From contig MNCI01002813.1 of NCBI GenBank assembly GCA_015680685.1, positions 1,297,403-1,361,402 on the forward strand: a stretch of 64,000 nucleotides of DNA, given 5' to 3'. Under the pieces are notes generated by a model that saw only the letters and a list, made by a program, of their open reading frames with translations, made no database searches and was not told where the DNA came from. The position numbers and the translations under genes are program-made. This document shows, piece by piece, positions 22,610 to 36,100 of this stretch. The DNA comes from Gnetum montanum. Lineage: Eukaryota; Plantae; Gnetophyta. Every line of letters begins with the position of its first letter. Position 1 is the stretch's first letter.

Positions 22610-24010
22610 GCCTCCCATGTTTTTACATTGAGAGAAATGGAGGCTTGAACAAAGGACAATTTAACAATGAATTGGGACATGACAAGTCTTTTGAAAACCC
22701 CACAAAACTGACCTAGAAATACTCAACAAAACAAAAACTTGTACACTTAACAAAAGACACTAAAAATCCTCAATATGCATAGCTTATTTTTATTTTTAAA
22801 TGAGTATTCAATGGACCCCTTGGCCATCCAGCTGTGATACACCAAGTCTCTTTAACCCTACAACATCTTGTAGCCCACACAAGAAGAACACTAAGGTTGG
22901 ATAAAATAGTGGGGGCTAACACCGTTAAGCACCTTCAAGAACTAAGCCCTTGTAGCCTACACAAGAGATCATTAGCCTTGGATAGAATGATGGGGGGCAT
23001 TTCTTAAAAAAAATTATCACAAAAGCATGAAATATCAAATGCACATGACACCAGGAAAATGTTAATTCATAAGCATAAACAAAATGCTAACTCATAAGCC
23101 CAAAACATGCATGCTAAAAATCAAATCTTAGACTTATGGAAGACCACATGCATAGCTCACAAACTCACAAGACAATCCCACATGCCCTCAATCCTCACTT
23201 ATCCAAGCCAATATAACCTTAAACAGCTAACAAATTTTGTACAACAAGGGTTTGGAATACGCACCCCTAACGTTGAAGTTGGCCAATTTGGAGTGGGAGA
23301 AGACACCTCAAGCTTGGGTTATTGTCTAGCCAGTAGCCTTAAGAAATCAATTTCAAATTGCAAGTTCAAGGTGCTGCTGAAATCTTCCTAAAAACCAGAG
23401 AAAATAGTCCCTTGGATTAGCCAAACAGTCCCCAAAAATTAGTCACAAAAGCCTCCAACAACAGCAGCAAAATCAATCTTCCAAGAGCCTACAAAACCAC
23501 TCAAGACAGTCCAAGAGATGGTTGAGAACAAGAAAGGAACAACCACTCTCCTCCTCTTCTCAACTCTTCACCCCTCAAACTAGCATAGTCTTCCCTTCCT
23601 TGGCAAAGGTGAAAATGAGAGCAAACTCCCCTCTATATATAAGATAGATGAGACCTTAAGACTTGGACAAAGATTTGTACACAATAGTTTACACAATGGT
23701 CAAAGATTAGACAATCCATTCTACAAAAATCCTTTTTCTTTAATTATAACATCATTGTTACTTGACTTGGACAAGCAAGTTTGCATGAGAGAGTGGACAT
23801 GTGAAAATGACAACACTCAAGAGAGTCACATGGTCTCTATTAAATGAGTCCTTTGTCCCTTTTCCAATGATTAATGTGAAGTGGACAATTAGCATATTAA
23901 AAAAATAAATAAATGAGTCCTTTGTCCCTTTTCCAATGATTAATGTGAAGTGGACAATTAGCATATTAAAAAAATAAATATCATCGTAAGCATGTGATAG
24001 AGTATACATC
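22610..24010. mobile_element. Probable LTR-retrotransposon non-coding fragment (LTR/leader)
   Basis: Non-coding, with internal short repeats (CTTGTAGCC.ACACAAGA x2), a CTATATATAAG box and a 69-bp tandem duplication. The termini are not resolved. Confidence 0.4.
23841..23979. repeat. Tandem duplication, 69-bp unit x2
   Basis: TAAATGAGTCCTTTGTCCCTTTTCCAATGATTAATGTGAAGTGGACAATTAGC occurs at 23841 and 23910. Confidence 0.92.
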
Positions 24011-25443
24011 GCCCTCCTACATTGACTTTTCTTATGACCCTACCTTTTTTGTCTTGTTTTAAGTCACCTTTTACTTTATATACTATGAGGGTTTTTAATT
24101 TATTTTTGGCCTTTTATCTATTTTCCATATTTCCTATATTTTGTCTAGGGAAAATCATTGATACTAACCTTTTTGTCCATCCGACATTTTACACATGTTG
24201 AGCTAGTTGTAATGAGTGTAAACATGGCATAGTTACCATGCTAGAAATTAATATTTTAATTGAATTAATGAAAATATGGTCTTGTTGGGTACTTTTTAAA
24301 TTGTTTAACATTAAAATCTCAGAATCTAGATCTCGAATTGAAAAACTAATCATAGATCTATACTGTAGGTGTAAAATTGAGTTAGTCCACCAAAATTTGA
24401 GTACAATATGACAACTTTGAATTTTGATGTGTTTTATTTCATTAAATATTCAATAATTTTAAAAATTCTAACTAAACGTCAATATAAACCATGGATCTAT
24501 ATTACATTAATTTCCTAGTATTATTCTAAAATAATGCTAGACTCTGCTATGCTCATTTGTCAATGAAATATATATTTTTTAAAATTAAAATAATAAAAAA
24601 TTAAACAGAAATTAGAAGTAAATAGTAATATTGCTTATGTCACCCAAATAAAGGTCTTCATGTTACTAAGAACCATTACCATGCGCGTGCACACATATAT
24701 ATAAGCTTTAAAAACAAGTTAAGGTTTAAGTATTTAATAGAGTACTACGGTCACATGTACAAATGTGGGGTACTATATATGGCTAGAGAACTTAAAAATT
24801 ATGGGGAGCCCTCTCTAACCATGCTTTCCTTCGCCAGAAATTTTTATTCTCTGCAAGCTGAAAGTGAGTATGCCATAAAATATGTTTGAATTTCGTAGAT
24901 GGAGAAGAAAGTTGCTAAAGTAGCTGGACATTACTTATGAAATGGTGAAATGATTGATATAATTTAAAAAAAAAAAATTTCTCAAATGAATATGAAAGCT
25001 GCTAAAGTAGCTGTACATGTGAAATGGTAAAATGATTAATGTTAAATATATCAAGATTTGCTGAATATTTTTTATGAGAAAGGGTAGAATTAAACAAGGG
25101 CAAACAAGGACAAAGTAACATTGCCATAACCTATTGCATCAATTGAGTCTTCATCAGCAAGTAAAATTATGATGGACGTTCCTGCAAGCTTTTGAAAATA
25201 ATTTTAGTTTTTTTTGAAATATATCTAAGATTCAAAAACAACAAATACCAAGAAAGGCAAACTTCTAATCCAAGATCAACTTACATGCTAAAATTTGAAA
25301 GTTCCAGGAATAGAAAATTTTTTTATTGATGTTTTGTTCTATTTTTACATACTATACAAATTTTTATGCGTTCAAAAGACATCTTGTATAAATTTTGCTA
25401 ACTATCAACATTTCTCATCTTCTATGTACGGGGTTATATACAG

Positions 25444-25501
25444 GGATAATATGTCCATGCTCTCCACCAGCGTTGGAAACGGTGCAATTTTTGTGTTAGA
25501 G
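25444..25501 (+). CDS. LTA3: E2 exon 3 (DNMSMLSTSVGNGAIFVLE)
   Basis: TACAG acceptor and G|GTATGT donor. Phase 2 in, phase 0 out, compatible with its neighbours. Confidence 0.7.
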
Positions 25502-25585
25502 GTATGTGTTTACTCTAGTCTTGTTGAGCATTATCATTTATAGTCTTGGAGAGATATGTAAATCAGTGAATTTATTTGTTTACAG

Positions 25586-25619
25586 CCTCCATATCGATGT
25601 CGCCAGTTTTCTTCAAATG
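25586..25619 (+). CDS. LTA3: E2 exon 4 (PPYRCRQFSSN; presequence cleavage region)
   Basis: TACAG acceptor and G|GTAACT donor. The R-x-F-S-S motif is typical of plant mitochondrial processing sites. Phase 1 out matches the lipoyl exon. Confidence 0.78.
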
Positions 25620-26467
25620 GTAACTATAATATCCTTATGATCTAGCACGTCTCCACTTATATCATGTCTATCAGAATTTAATGTTACACGTTTATGAATG
25701 TGTTTTCTTGGATAAAAACATGACAGGTCTCAATGGCCTAAAATAATAAGAAAGATAATTCTCAAAATGGTAATATAATCTTTATTATATTACCATTTTG
25801 AGCATATGTGTAGTATTTTTATTTGTTGAACATTTGTTGTTTTTCTGTCTGATACATTTTCCTAATTGTGAGCCTGACACTTGAGTTCATCATCTCTTCC
25901 ATGTTGTTAAATACCATGGAGACAAAAATAGTTACATCTCTTGGTAACATCCTTTGAAATATCAGTCCTTATGTGTATTTTTATATATTTAATCTCAGAA
26001 TTATTTTTAAGTCTTTAGCAATTAATAATTATTGATGGTTTGTGTTTGTGTTAATTAATATCTATAATGATTTTATTTACTGTATGCTTGTGGTGGTACT
26101 AGTAAATTAACTCTCTTAATTAATGCTTGTGTAGGTGCTAACAGGTTTATAACATGGTTCAGATGTTAATATTTGTAATGGTTATAGTGGATGCTCCATG
26201 TTTTTTGCAAACCAGATTTGAACCCAGTCACACAGTTGTCTTTGCTTTCAAGCTTATGAAGAGGCAGTGACAGCCACTGTCCTTGGTTATGTATCCCCTT
26301 GAGGTGTAAATGTGTTTGAAAGGAGTATGGTGTAACTTGGATGCTATAATCAACCTATCATAATGTCCAATAAACTTTGAGTATCTACGTTTGGAGCCTG
26401 GATCCTTGCTCTAGGTGAAAATTTTAGGGAATTTTTAGAAGTTGATTATATTGGGTTGTAAAATATT

Positions 26468-26889
26468 GCTGCAAAAAAAAAAGGATTTAAAAATAAACAA
26501 AAAGTGAAATAACAAACTAGGATTTATGTAGAAAACTCCAAAAACATTTAGCAGGGATAAAATCATGGGAAGGCAACACAAAGCTCTTGTATTAAACCAC
26601 TAGCATACACAGTGTCTTGGTTACAATAGGTATATCATTCCAAGCACCATGAGCCTTTATTTATAACCTCTAATAAGGTTTTTTTTTTTTTTTTTGCATC
26701 TCTTTAGAATCTTCTGGATTCTTCTTTCCACATCATTGTGGAATCTCCTAGACTTTTACATTATATTAACATTGCAATGGCTCCATTACAAAATTAACTT
26801 TATAATTTTACAAGGGACATAGCCTTTTAAAAATTACCATAATTCTAAGGAATTTTATAAATTAAAGCACAAAAAGATTTGGTTTCACA
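26468..26889. mobile_element. Possible copia-type solo LTR
   Basis: TG...CA-bounded segment containing GATTTATGTAGAAAACTCC...AAAATCATGGG, reminiscent of plant copia LTR motifs. No TSD was confirmed. Confidence 0.3.
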
Positions 26890-27129
26890 ATTTGCAGTTT
26901 AGTGTAACACATGTGAAGGTATTTGGTGCAAATGTTGGATCTATATAAAAAAGGTTTGTCACTTGGAAGTTCAATGCTTATCCTACCAAGTAAGGTCCTA
27001 GGAGGGTTAGTAGATGAGTGACAGTTTGACCTTTTTTTCTTAGTAGCTATGACTAGGTTTGAATCTAGGTTTTACAATATGAAAAATAAGCAAATTATCA
27101 TCACTCTAAATGATGGTCCCTAAAATGTT

Positions 27130-28296
27130 TCTTTTTCTTGGAAAAGTTTTGGGAAATGTATTAATGAAAATATGTATAGATCAAGAATTAAAAACAGACC
27201 AAAGAGGTCCAACGCCAAACGGCAGCCAAGAAGCACCCAACCTTAGGGTAGACAACTCCAAGCATGACCAAAAATGGGCATAACCAGCCCTCACAACATG
27301 CAACCTGGCCATGAATGGCCCCAACCTTGCAGCAGTGCTGGTGAACAACACACTAGACCAGAACCCAAAGAAAACAAACAACCAAACCCAAGGACCTTAA
27401 ACAAAACAAAAATCTAGAGACATCAACAGAACCATACCAAGAACCCAAATCAGACACCAAGATAGGCCCAATGTAGGAAAAATCCAAAAGATGCCCACAC
27501 CCCTATGGGTGTGTAGGCAATCGGTTACACTGGTAGTGAGGAGTAAGGGTAGCATGTAGTCCAGTTGCACGCGGAACTCCTTTGTGGAGACAAAAGTTGC
27601 AGCCTCTTGGAAGTTTTTGAAGGTCATTGCCTTGTCAGCTTGTTCTGCAGTTGATCCTTTACGATTAGGATGAAGAGGGGCTGGGGCAATCCGAATGTGA
27701 TAGCATAGCACTGGCCATGACCCCTTGCAACTAATATGCAGCCCTATATATAGGCATTTACTGACCTGTAGCTAGGTTGTGGCATTAGACTCATGAGCCC
27801 TCAACAGCTGTTCTTGCTGTTTTGCATCTTCCTTAGTCTCGCGAATTCGTTGCTCTTTGGCCTCTTGTTCTTGCACCTTTTGGTGCTACGTTGTGTTCTC
27901 CATTTCTTCCCTCAACTCTTCTTGGAGTTGCTCTTCAAGCACTACATGGGCCCGAGCCTCCTCAACCAACCTTTGCCGTTGGATTTCCTCAACTTCTACG
28001 GAGTGGTGCATTTGCAGCTTGCGTAGTTGGTGTTGAAACATTTCTTCATGTGCCTCCCATTTTGCCTACCAAACCCTACTCTCCTCTGCTTGAGCAGCTG
28101 ACGTCGCCTCTTCACATGCAGACACAAGTTGCACCTTTGCCTCCACCCAATTGGCCTTGGCTGTTCCAGTTCCTGCATCCGTGTTAAAATGGAGCTCAAT
28201 AGGCCTCCTCCCAATGGCCACAAGGGCTAGGACAACCTACCCCATTAGGTAGTCTGTCGGACTACCTAGTGGCGTCCTCCTCCTATGATAAATGGC
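27130..28296 (-). mobile_element. 5'-truncated L1-type LINE, copy E (coiled coil + J-domain + 3' UTR only)
   Basis: Exact 17-bp TSD ATGGTCCCTAAAATGTT (27113-27129 and 28297-28313) and an A-rich tail. Collinear with copy A ~17550-18690. J-domain ~27559-27756 with HPN at 27664-27672. Confidence 0.92.
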
Positions 28297-29229
28297 ATGG
28301 TCCCTAAAATGTTGGGTCTATATATGAAGTCAGTTAAGAACAAAACTTGAAGACATAGTAATAGAAATTATGTTTATTGGTTGCAACAAAGGAATTGTTG
28401 ATTGGAAATGCTTGGATTTGAGGTTGATGAAGTTTGTTGCTTCAAATGTTATAAAATTTCAATAGTGAAAGCTTGGACTTTAGGGGAATAGATGAGATTT
28501 CTGTGAATTTAAAGAAATGTTTTAGTAACCAAAATTTTGGCAGGTTATTAAAAAATCATTCAATAAAAAAATTGTTGATGTTATTTAGTGTCATGTCTTT
28601 CTTGTACTTGGATAAGTGCAGAAGTCAAGAACCAAGAAACTCTATTCTCATATAATTATAATCTCTCTCTTCATGTGCACTATAATGCACACACTTCTTA
28701 ATCCTTCATCATCCTTCCTCTATGCGCTTTCTTTTGCTTCCTATCTATAGTTTTGGCATGGAATCTCTTATCTCCCAACTGACCGAGATTGACATACATC
28801 TTTGGAGGAGGTCAAATGGTCTAGTGCTCCTTGGGCAATCTTATGCTTAATACACTAGGTTTGAATATCCCTCAGTCTTGTTTGACATTCAATGAAAATG
28901 TCTAACATCCTCATGCACATTGATTCATGTAGGATCCTTGTCAATCAGTCTTGTAAAATTTTTCTAATTCCTAATATATATTGCTAAAATATTCATCTTA
29001 GACATGCTTTCTGCCACATCGAGGTATGAAGCACACAAACAAAATCATCCAATCATAGAATGATCCTCATTTTATTCTTATCTCAACTACGTTGTGTTGG
29101 CTATATGAGTTCTTTTTTGCTATCCACCTTTGTTAAAGGTCACGTTAATGTGAATTCCCACTTCTTGAATATCTTTTTTCATATTTATATTTCTATATAT
29201 TTTGCTCTTTCTCGGTGTTGTTTTTCTCT

Positions 29230-30370
29230 AGCTTAATTAAGTATCCTCTTTTAATAGGTTCTGGCTTTGGTCATCTTGCACATGACCAAACCTATGGATG
29301 CTAACCTCAAACTTCCTCTAATAAGAGAATTGCTACTTTTCCTTGTCTAGTGACATCTAACAGTGAACATCCATCATCCATCTTAGCATTCTCATCTCTA
29401 CGACATTTACTTATGGATGCTAACCTCAAACTTCCTGTAATAAGAGAATTGCTAATTTTTGTTGTCTAGTAACATCTAACAGATAACATCCATCATCCAT
29501 ATTAGCATTCTCATCTTTACCACAGTTACTTATTCTTGATGTGTCTTGATTGACTAACATTCTACAACATGAAGAATCATAGGTCTAATATAGTTTTGTA
29601 AAAGAATTCTTTTATCACAAAGCACACCTTTAAGTTCTCTTCATTTTACTTGTTTTACTTCAATTTGATTTGTCACATCATTGTTAATCTTAGCATCTAT
29701 TTGTAAAGTAGATTTCAGGTATCTAAAATGTTTCTTCATGTAGCTTCTTTGTCTTGGATTATCTTTTTTGCTTCATTATTTACTATTTTACTAAAATTGC
29801 ACACCATATATCTTGTAGTACAACTAATTTTGAACTCTTTTGATTATAGGCTTCTTCTTCAAGTCTCTATTTTTGTGAGAGCTTCCATAGATTTATCCAT
29901 AAATAGAATATCATGTGTGAACATCACACATCAATATTTTGTTGTTAGTACATCCATAACAATTGCAAATAACTAAGGACTTTAAGCATAAATTTATGGT
30001 AGTCCTAACATGAGAGAGAAGTTGAAAGTTTCTCTACATACAGTATAAAGTCTAGTTGTAACTCCATCATACTTGCGTAGAGTAGCCTTGATATGTCTAA
30101 TAGATATATCTTTCGTCTTTAAAGTTAACCAACTAGTTTCTTTGGGACTATCATAAGTCTTCTCTAAATTAATGAAGACCATATACACATTATTCTTTTT
30201 ATATTTGAATATCTTGATTAATGGTGTTAACAAGAAAATGACATTTATAATTGTTTGTTTTGGCATAAAATTGAACTAATTCTTTAATACTATTGATCCT
30301 TGTTTCAAGATGTTCTAAAATTCTTTTTTTTGTAACTTCATGGTGTGACTAACAAACTTAATGTCTATAT
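29230..30370 (-). mobile_element. RTE-clade LINE fragment, decayed, with a 119-bp tandem duplication (29293/29412)
   Basis: ORF 29994-30266 (MVFINLEKTYD) and downstream RTE-like segments. The duplicated unit starts TATGGATGCTAACCTCAAACTTCC. Confidence 0.7.
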
Positions 30371-30914
30371 GGAAGAAAGGTAAACTTGGTTCTATGGTGT
30401 TCAGGTCACATCCGGAAGAGTGAAAGCTGATTACATTATCAACCATACTAGAGATAGAATTGGAAAATCTAGAAAACTAGAAAGTAGAGCTACTAGAGCT
30501 TTCACTACAAAAGAAAAGACGGCCTTCCAATCCAACCAATTAAGGAATGAAAATCAAAATACATAAGCAAGACACAACATCAAACCAGTTTTCTTTTTCA
30601 AAATGAATAAAGTTGAGTGGACTATGGCATTTTCCCTCAAAATCACCACTACCCTTTAATGCCTATATAGTTTTTGTAGTTTTGAATGTCTTTCTTGTTC
30701 GTGTAGATAGACATTATAATACGTCTCCTTCAATCATTTGTTAGTTTTTGGTTTTTAGGCTCATGTTGAATAATTTTTTCAACCAAGTAATTCCTTTCTC
30801 AGCTCATCCACAACAACCGTAAACTATGAATGTTGAAAGTTTTCTTCTTCTTCTTCTTCTTTTTGGTGTGGGGGGTTGAATGAATTCTAAAAACAATATG
30901 AAACTTAAAGCAAA

Positions 30915-32095
30915 TGCTGAAAATAATCAAACTTAGATGCACAAATGGAATACTCATCTAGACGTGTGGTAAAGGTCACCACTTGTATATTTGCTGAAAC
31001 CAAATAATAGTGATAGAGGATACCATGGTAGTAGATCCTTAGATGCTACACACTTCCCACATAGCAAATAATGAGTCTTCAAGCTTGGTATCTTGCAAGA
31101 CTCCCAAGAACCTTGCAAGGCCAAGAACAAATGTGGTTATCTTGTAAGACACACTCACACCTCTTTTGGGAAAAACCACAAACACTTGGCCACCCAAGTG
31201 AAAATCCCTTAAGGTAGACAAATATCAAACACTTGGCCATCCAAGTGAGAAACCCCTTAGGGCACACAACAAAACATATCTCTTCTCAAAGACAATACAA
31301 GCTCTTTAGAGCAATGAGAATAAATACAATGAAGAGTGTAGAAAATGATTTCATATTAGATCTATTCAATAGGTATGAAGCTAGGGCATAATGAATACAA
31401 ATGAGTAATCCCTAGTTACAAGAAATGTAAATGATGTAAACAATGAATCAAAGAATACTATGCATTCTAAACCTTGGGAGAAAGATGTGAGAAATGGTAA
31501 TGTAGCTTCCCAAGTCTTGATTCAAATGCCAATGCCAAAAGTTAAATGATGTGCAAGAGCCAATGTGTGTAGCTTCGTATTTCAAATTCAAGCGTGTGTT
31601 GGTTTGAATTGAGATGGTTTGAATTGAGATATTGATTGAAGCATTTGTAGAAGACATGTCCAAGATTTTTCCCCACCACTTCGAGTCCAACTGGAGTTAA
31701 CGAAATAACTTGGATGACTTTTTTTATTTCATCTAATGACCACCTGGGACATCCCATTGAAAGCTTGGACATCCACTCTATGATTGCTTTGCATTTGGGT
31801 GGGACATTTAAGATTAGCTAGGACATAACTTGGGACATTTAGCTTTGAGGTGGGACATCTACCTTGAGCTAGAAAAATTTGCTTGAACTAGCCGAGGACT
31901 CGATTGGGACGTGAGTGTGGATGTACACTTTGCATTTAGGGCCAAGAAAAAAATGATTGTTGACACCTCCAAACTTATTTCCTCACATCCTAAATCAAAG
32001 GAGTAGAATTGAATCAACAACCCAGTCCATACTTTGCACGCATGGATAATGAACAAAACACACTTTTTTGTTTTCTAGTTTTAGCACACCAAATC
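30915..32095. mobile_element. Probable solo LTR / LTR fragment
   Basis: Non-coding, with direct repeats (AAACACTTGGCCA.CCAAGTGA.AA.CCCTTA x2) and clustered GGGACAT motifs that also occur at 55300-55560. Confidence 0.4.
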
Positions 32096-32287
32096 ATGGA
32101 ATTGGTTAATACAAAGAAATAACGGTTCTAAGTAGCATAGGCCCACCATTGTTGGAAAGTCAATAGTTTCACCATTGATACTACAAGCTCTAGTTGTGGC
32201 TCCATCATACATGTTTGGAATAGGCTTGATACATCCAACAGGTGTATCTCTTTAAAACTTGATCAATAATTTGTTTGAAAACTATAT

Positions 32288-33106
32288 TTTTTGAACAAGT
32301 AAAAAGGATCATATTAATAAAATAAGATTTGAAATACAATGAGATTATTCTTGGGTTCTTAATGATAAACTAAGATGATAGGTTTAAATTTCTAAAGAAA
32401 AATCTTCAGGACTCCATCATGAAGCTTCTCTAAATTGATATACAAATTATTTGTTTACATCAAAATTTTTCCAGTGATAATCTTAATAAGAAAAGGAATA
32501 TCATAGTTAATTTTCCTAGCTTAAAATTGACTTGATTCTTTGATACTATTGATACTTGTTTCAAATGTTGCAACACTCTTTTGATAACTTTATGGTGTGA
32601 CTTGTAAGCTTAATATCTTGATAGTTGCTATGGTTTTGAATGTTTTCCTTGTTCTTGTCGACATATGGAATAATGCTTTTCCTTCAATCATCAGGTGTAT
32701 CCCTTCCTTCAAGATCTTGTTGAGTAAATTTATCATTCAAGTAATCCCTTTATTTGCTTTATACTTCAAAACCTCTATAAGAATGCCATCAAGCCTAGTT
32801 GCTTTACTATTCATCATCTTCATTACTGCTTTCCTTCATTGAAAGATGTCAATATAGTTAGTTATTTCTAAATTTGGTTCTTCACACTCAATTTAACCTT
32901 TTGAAAATTCCTTATTAAGGGATCTTTGAAAGTAGGTTTTTCATGTTTCTAAAATTTCCTTTTTTGTAACCAAAAGGCTTTGGTAGTCTAACCTGATCTA
33001 TTTGATGTGATCAATGTTTTTTCTCTTGTTATTGTAAGTCTTTGTTGACTTGTAAATAGACATATCACTCACCCTTCTTAGTTTTAAGCTTTTTATAAAA
33101 GGTATC
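32288..33106 (-). mobile_element. 3' end of an AT-rich LINE family (continues at ~39308-39800, split by LINE copy B)
   Basis: It begins TTTTTTGAACAAGTAAAAAG...ACAATGAGATTATTCTTGGG...CTAAGATGATAGG, a terminus shared with 61619 and 63087. Confidence 0.6.
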
Positions 33107-36100
33107 GATCATGGGCTTAGGTAGGAAGCAAACTGGTGATGGGAGTGGGGAAGCGGAGGTTGTCGATAGTTGTTCCAGTGGTGGGTTGGGGCTTGGGGTA
33201 GGATCGGTGGACGATAGTAGGGCTGAAGGGTTGGTGAACAAGGGAGGTGGGGGTGTAGGTGGAGGTTTTGGAAGTAGGGCTGGGTTGGCTATGAGTGGGC
33301 TGGGGATGTTGGGCACCGATGGGGTGGGTTTTGGAGATGTGGATCCAGTGGTGAGGAATGGGGCTATGCTGCGGTTGAAAGTCAGTGCCCCTTGACAAAG
33401 GTCCTACGTACCATGGAGCTTAGCCTCATCGGGCAGTTTGTTTCTTTGGGGTCATGTCCTCCATTGGACCTTATTCGCAAGTGGGCCATCGCTACTTGGT
33501 CTTTGCTGAATGTGTAGGTAAGATCCTTGGTGGGTTGCTTATTGCTGTTTGTTTTTTGATTTGCGGAAGAGAGGGACAAGGTTCTTTTGGGGGGCCCCTA
33601 GTTTTTTGGGGTGAGGGACTTGGCTCTTACTTCCTGGTGCTTAGGGGCACACAAAGAGGTAGATTTGTTCTCTCGCGCTTCTCTGTGGGTGCAGGTGGCT
33701 AGGGTGCTATGGGAACTATGGATTGAGGAGTTCCTCTAGACCTTGGTTGGGCAGTTTGGTGAGTTTATCTCTTTTGATAAATTCACTCTGTCGAAGGATC
33801 GAATGGTCTATGTGAGGTTTTGTGTTTGGGGCTCACTCTCCCTAGACCATTTATTAAAGGAAGTTATTTTGGACCTATTGATGGGCGAGGAGTGCCTCAC
33901 TGTGGAATATGAAAATGTGTTACAGCTAGAGAGCCTTTTGGCTTAGGATACCAAGCCTAAAGCTTGCACTAAGTGTGGCAAGACAAACCACCGCTTGTAG
34001 GATTGCAAGGTGCATTCTAAGGCTCAACTGAAGGGGTTAGCTAGATGGATGGGGATTGAGGAGGATGGGGGGTGGATGTTAGTGGGTAAACAAGGGAAGG
34101 TTTTTCTTGCCTTGTCTGCTCCAACGGGGATAGAGAACATGCTTTGGAGCGAAGGTGCTTCAGTTGGGGTTGATTTGGGGGGGGGGGGGGGGGGACAAAA
34201 CAGGAATGCCTGTGTTTTCTCCCCCACAGGTGGAATGTTGAGTGAGTGCAGGTAATGAGACTTGGGGTAGCTTGGGGATTTCTTCCCCTAGCGAAGGCTT
34301 GGCTAGTCCTTTGGTTGTGGAGTAGGCCATTGTAGTGGAGCAGCTTAGTGCTGCTGAGCTTCCTCTTGGTGCATGGGTCTCTACCTTGAAGGGGTTGGTG
34401 GCCAAAGACCTTTTCAAAGACAACCATTTGGGTTTTTTGATGGCTGATGAACCCAAATAGCCAGGCAGGCTATCCAATCAGAAGATGCGAACCAAGAAGA
34501 CTCAGTTGGAGATTGACCTCAGGTCGCAGAAGATCCTTAAGGAGGTCTATACTAAGAGGTCTGCTAGTAGACCATGAATGTTTTATCATGGAATTGTAGG
34601 GTCCAGGGTACCTTGTACAAGTGTAATATACTGAGCTGGGTTTTCCTCAAGAAACCAAACTGAATGTGTCTAATTGTTCCTTTCTAAGATGGCAGGGATG
34701 GCATTGTTCTTTTGTGCATTGTCATGGTAGGGCGGGTGGCTTGGCTATCTTGTTGCTTCACCCGTTCCAGGTGCTTGATGAGTCTCCATGGAGTCTCATA
34801 GTGTTTCTTCATTCACGGAGCTTGTGGATTACCAATTTCTATGGGCCTCAATGTTGGCAAGATTGGTTACATGAGTTGATGAGGGTGCTTTAGCATGTAT
34901 CAGACCTATGGAAATGGGTCCTTATTGGTGATTTTAATTAGTGGCTACACTCTTGGGAGAAGGCTAGCTCTGATGATGGGTTTGATTTGACTCCTCCCCC
35001 TGGTAGTGAGGAGTTTCTACTATTCTTACAGCAATACAGTTAGATTGATCTTGAACTCCAAGGGGGCAAGTTTACTTGGAGTAATAGATGAAGTAGGACG
35101 AGTAGGGTGATGTCCTGGATTGACTAGGCTTGGGTTCATGCATAAATGTTCTAGGATTTCAAGTTGCAGCTAACTTGCAAAGCCAGATAGGCTTTGGACC
35201 ATTGGGCTCTCGTGTGCTCTCTTCAGCCTTCCTAGAAGCTGCCAATGCTTCCTTTCTGTCTTGAACGAGCCTAGTTGCTGAAGCCTTGGTTGTAGGCTAT
35301 GGTTGAAGGTATTTGTGCAGGGTATGATGCATCCTTTCTTGACTTGAGGGATTTTTTGAAATTAGGTTTTAACTCCCTAAAAAAGATGACCAAAGGCTTG
35401 CCTTTGGATCAGAATTTCTTTGTTAGAGGATCTGGGTGTAGGCTCCAGTCTCAGTTGGCTAATGTTCAGCATAAGTAGGAGCAGGGGGAGGCACTGGGGG
35501 AGGTGCTGGTTGATGAGGAACAATGTCTTTTACTGGAGTTACATTCTCTTGTAGGGGAGGAGGAAGTCTATTGGCAGGAGAGGTCGAGGGTTTGATGGCT
35601 CAAGGATGGGGATAGGAACACATGGTTCTTCTTTGCAGCTACTAAGGCTAGTTAGTTTGGGAAGTAGATAACTTCATTGAGCAAGGGGTTTGCATTGATT
35701 CACTAGCTATAGGAAATTGCCCACGAGATGCAGACCTTTTGGAATGTTGTGTGGTCCAGGGGAGAATCTTCCCCTCTATCGGTTAGAGTGCAATGGGTGC
35801 TTAATGAGCAGGATAATGTGCCTCTTGTTGCTTCCATATTTGCTACGGGACTTTCTGCGGCTATGGATTTGATGAAGACCGATAGTGCTTTAGGGCTGAA
35901 TGGTTGGCTAGTTGAGTTTGTCAGAAAGTTTTTGGATATTATTGGCCCTAATTTACTTGATGCGTTTAATCTCATGCCCCAATGGGGACAGGTGCACAAG
36001 GAGATCAACTGTTTGAGAATTGTCTTATTGCCCAAGAATTCCAACACCATGCTGCCTACTCACTAGTGGTTGTTTGGGGTGTGCAATATGCTGCTCCAAG

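Noticed and set aside
33065-33398. Pro-rich minus-strand ORFs (also 12360-12659)
   Set aside because: They are the antisense shadow of the G-rich, Gly-coding ORF1 N-terminus.
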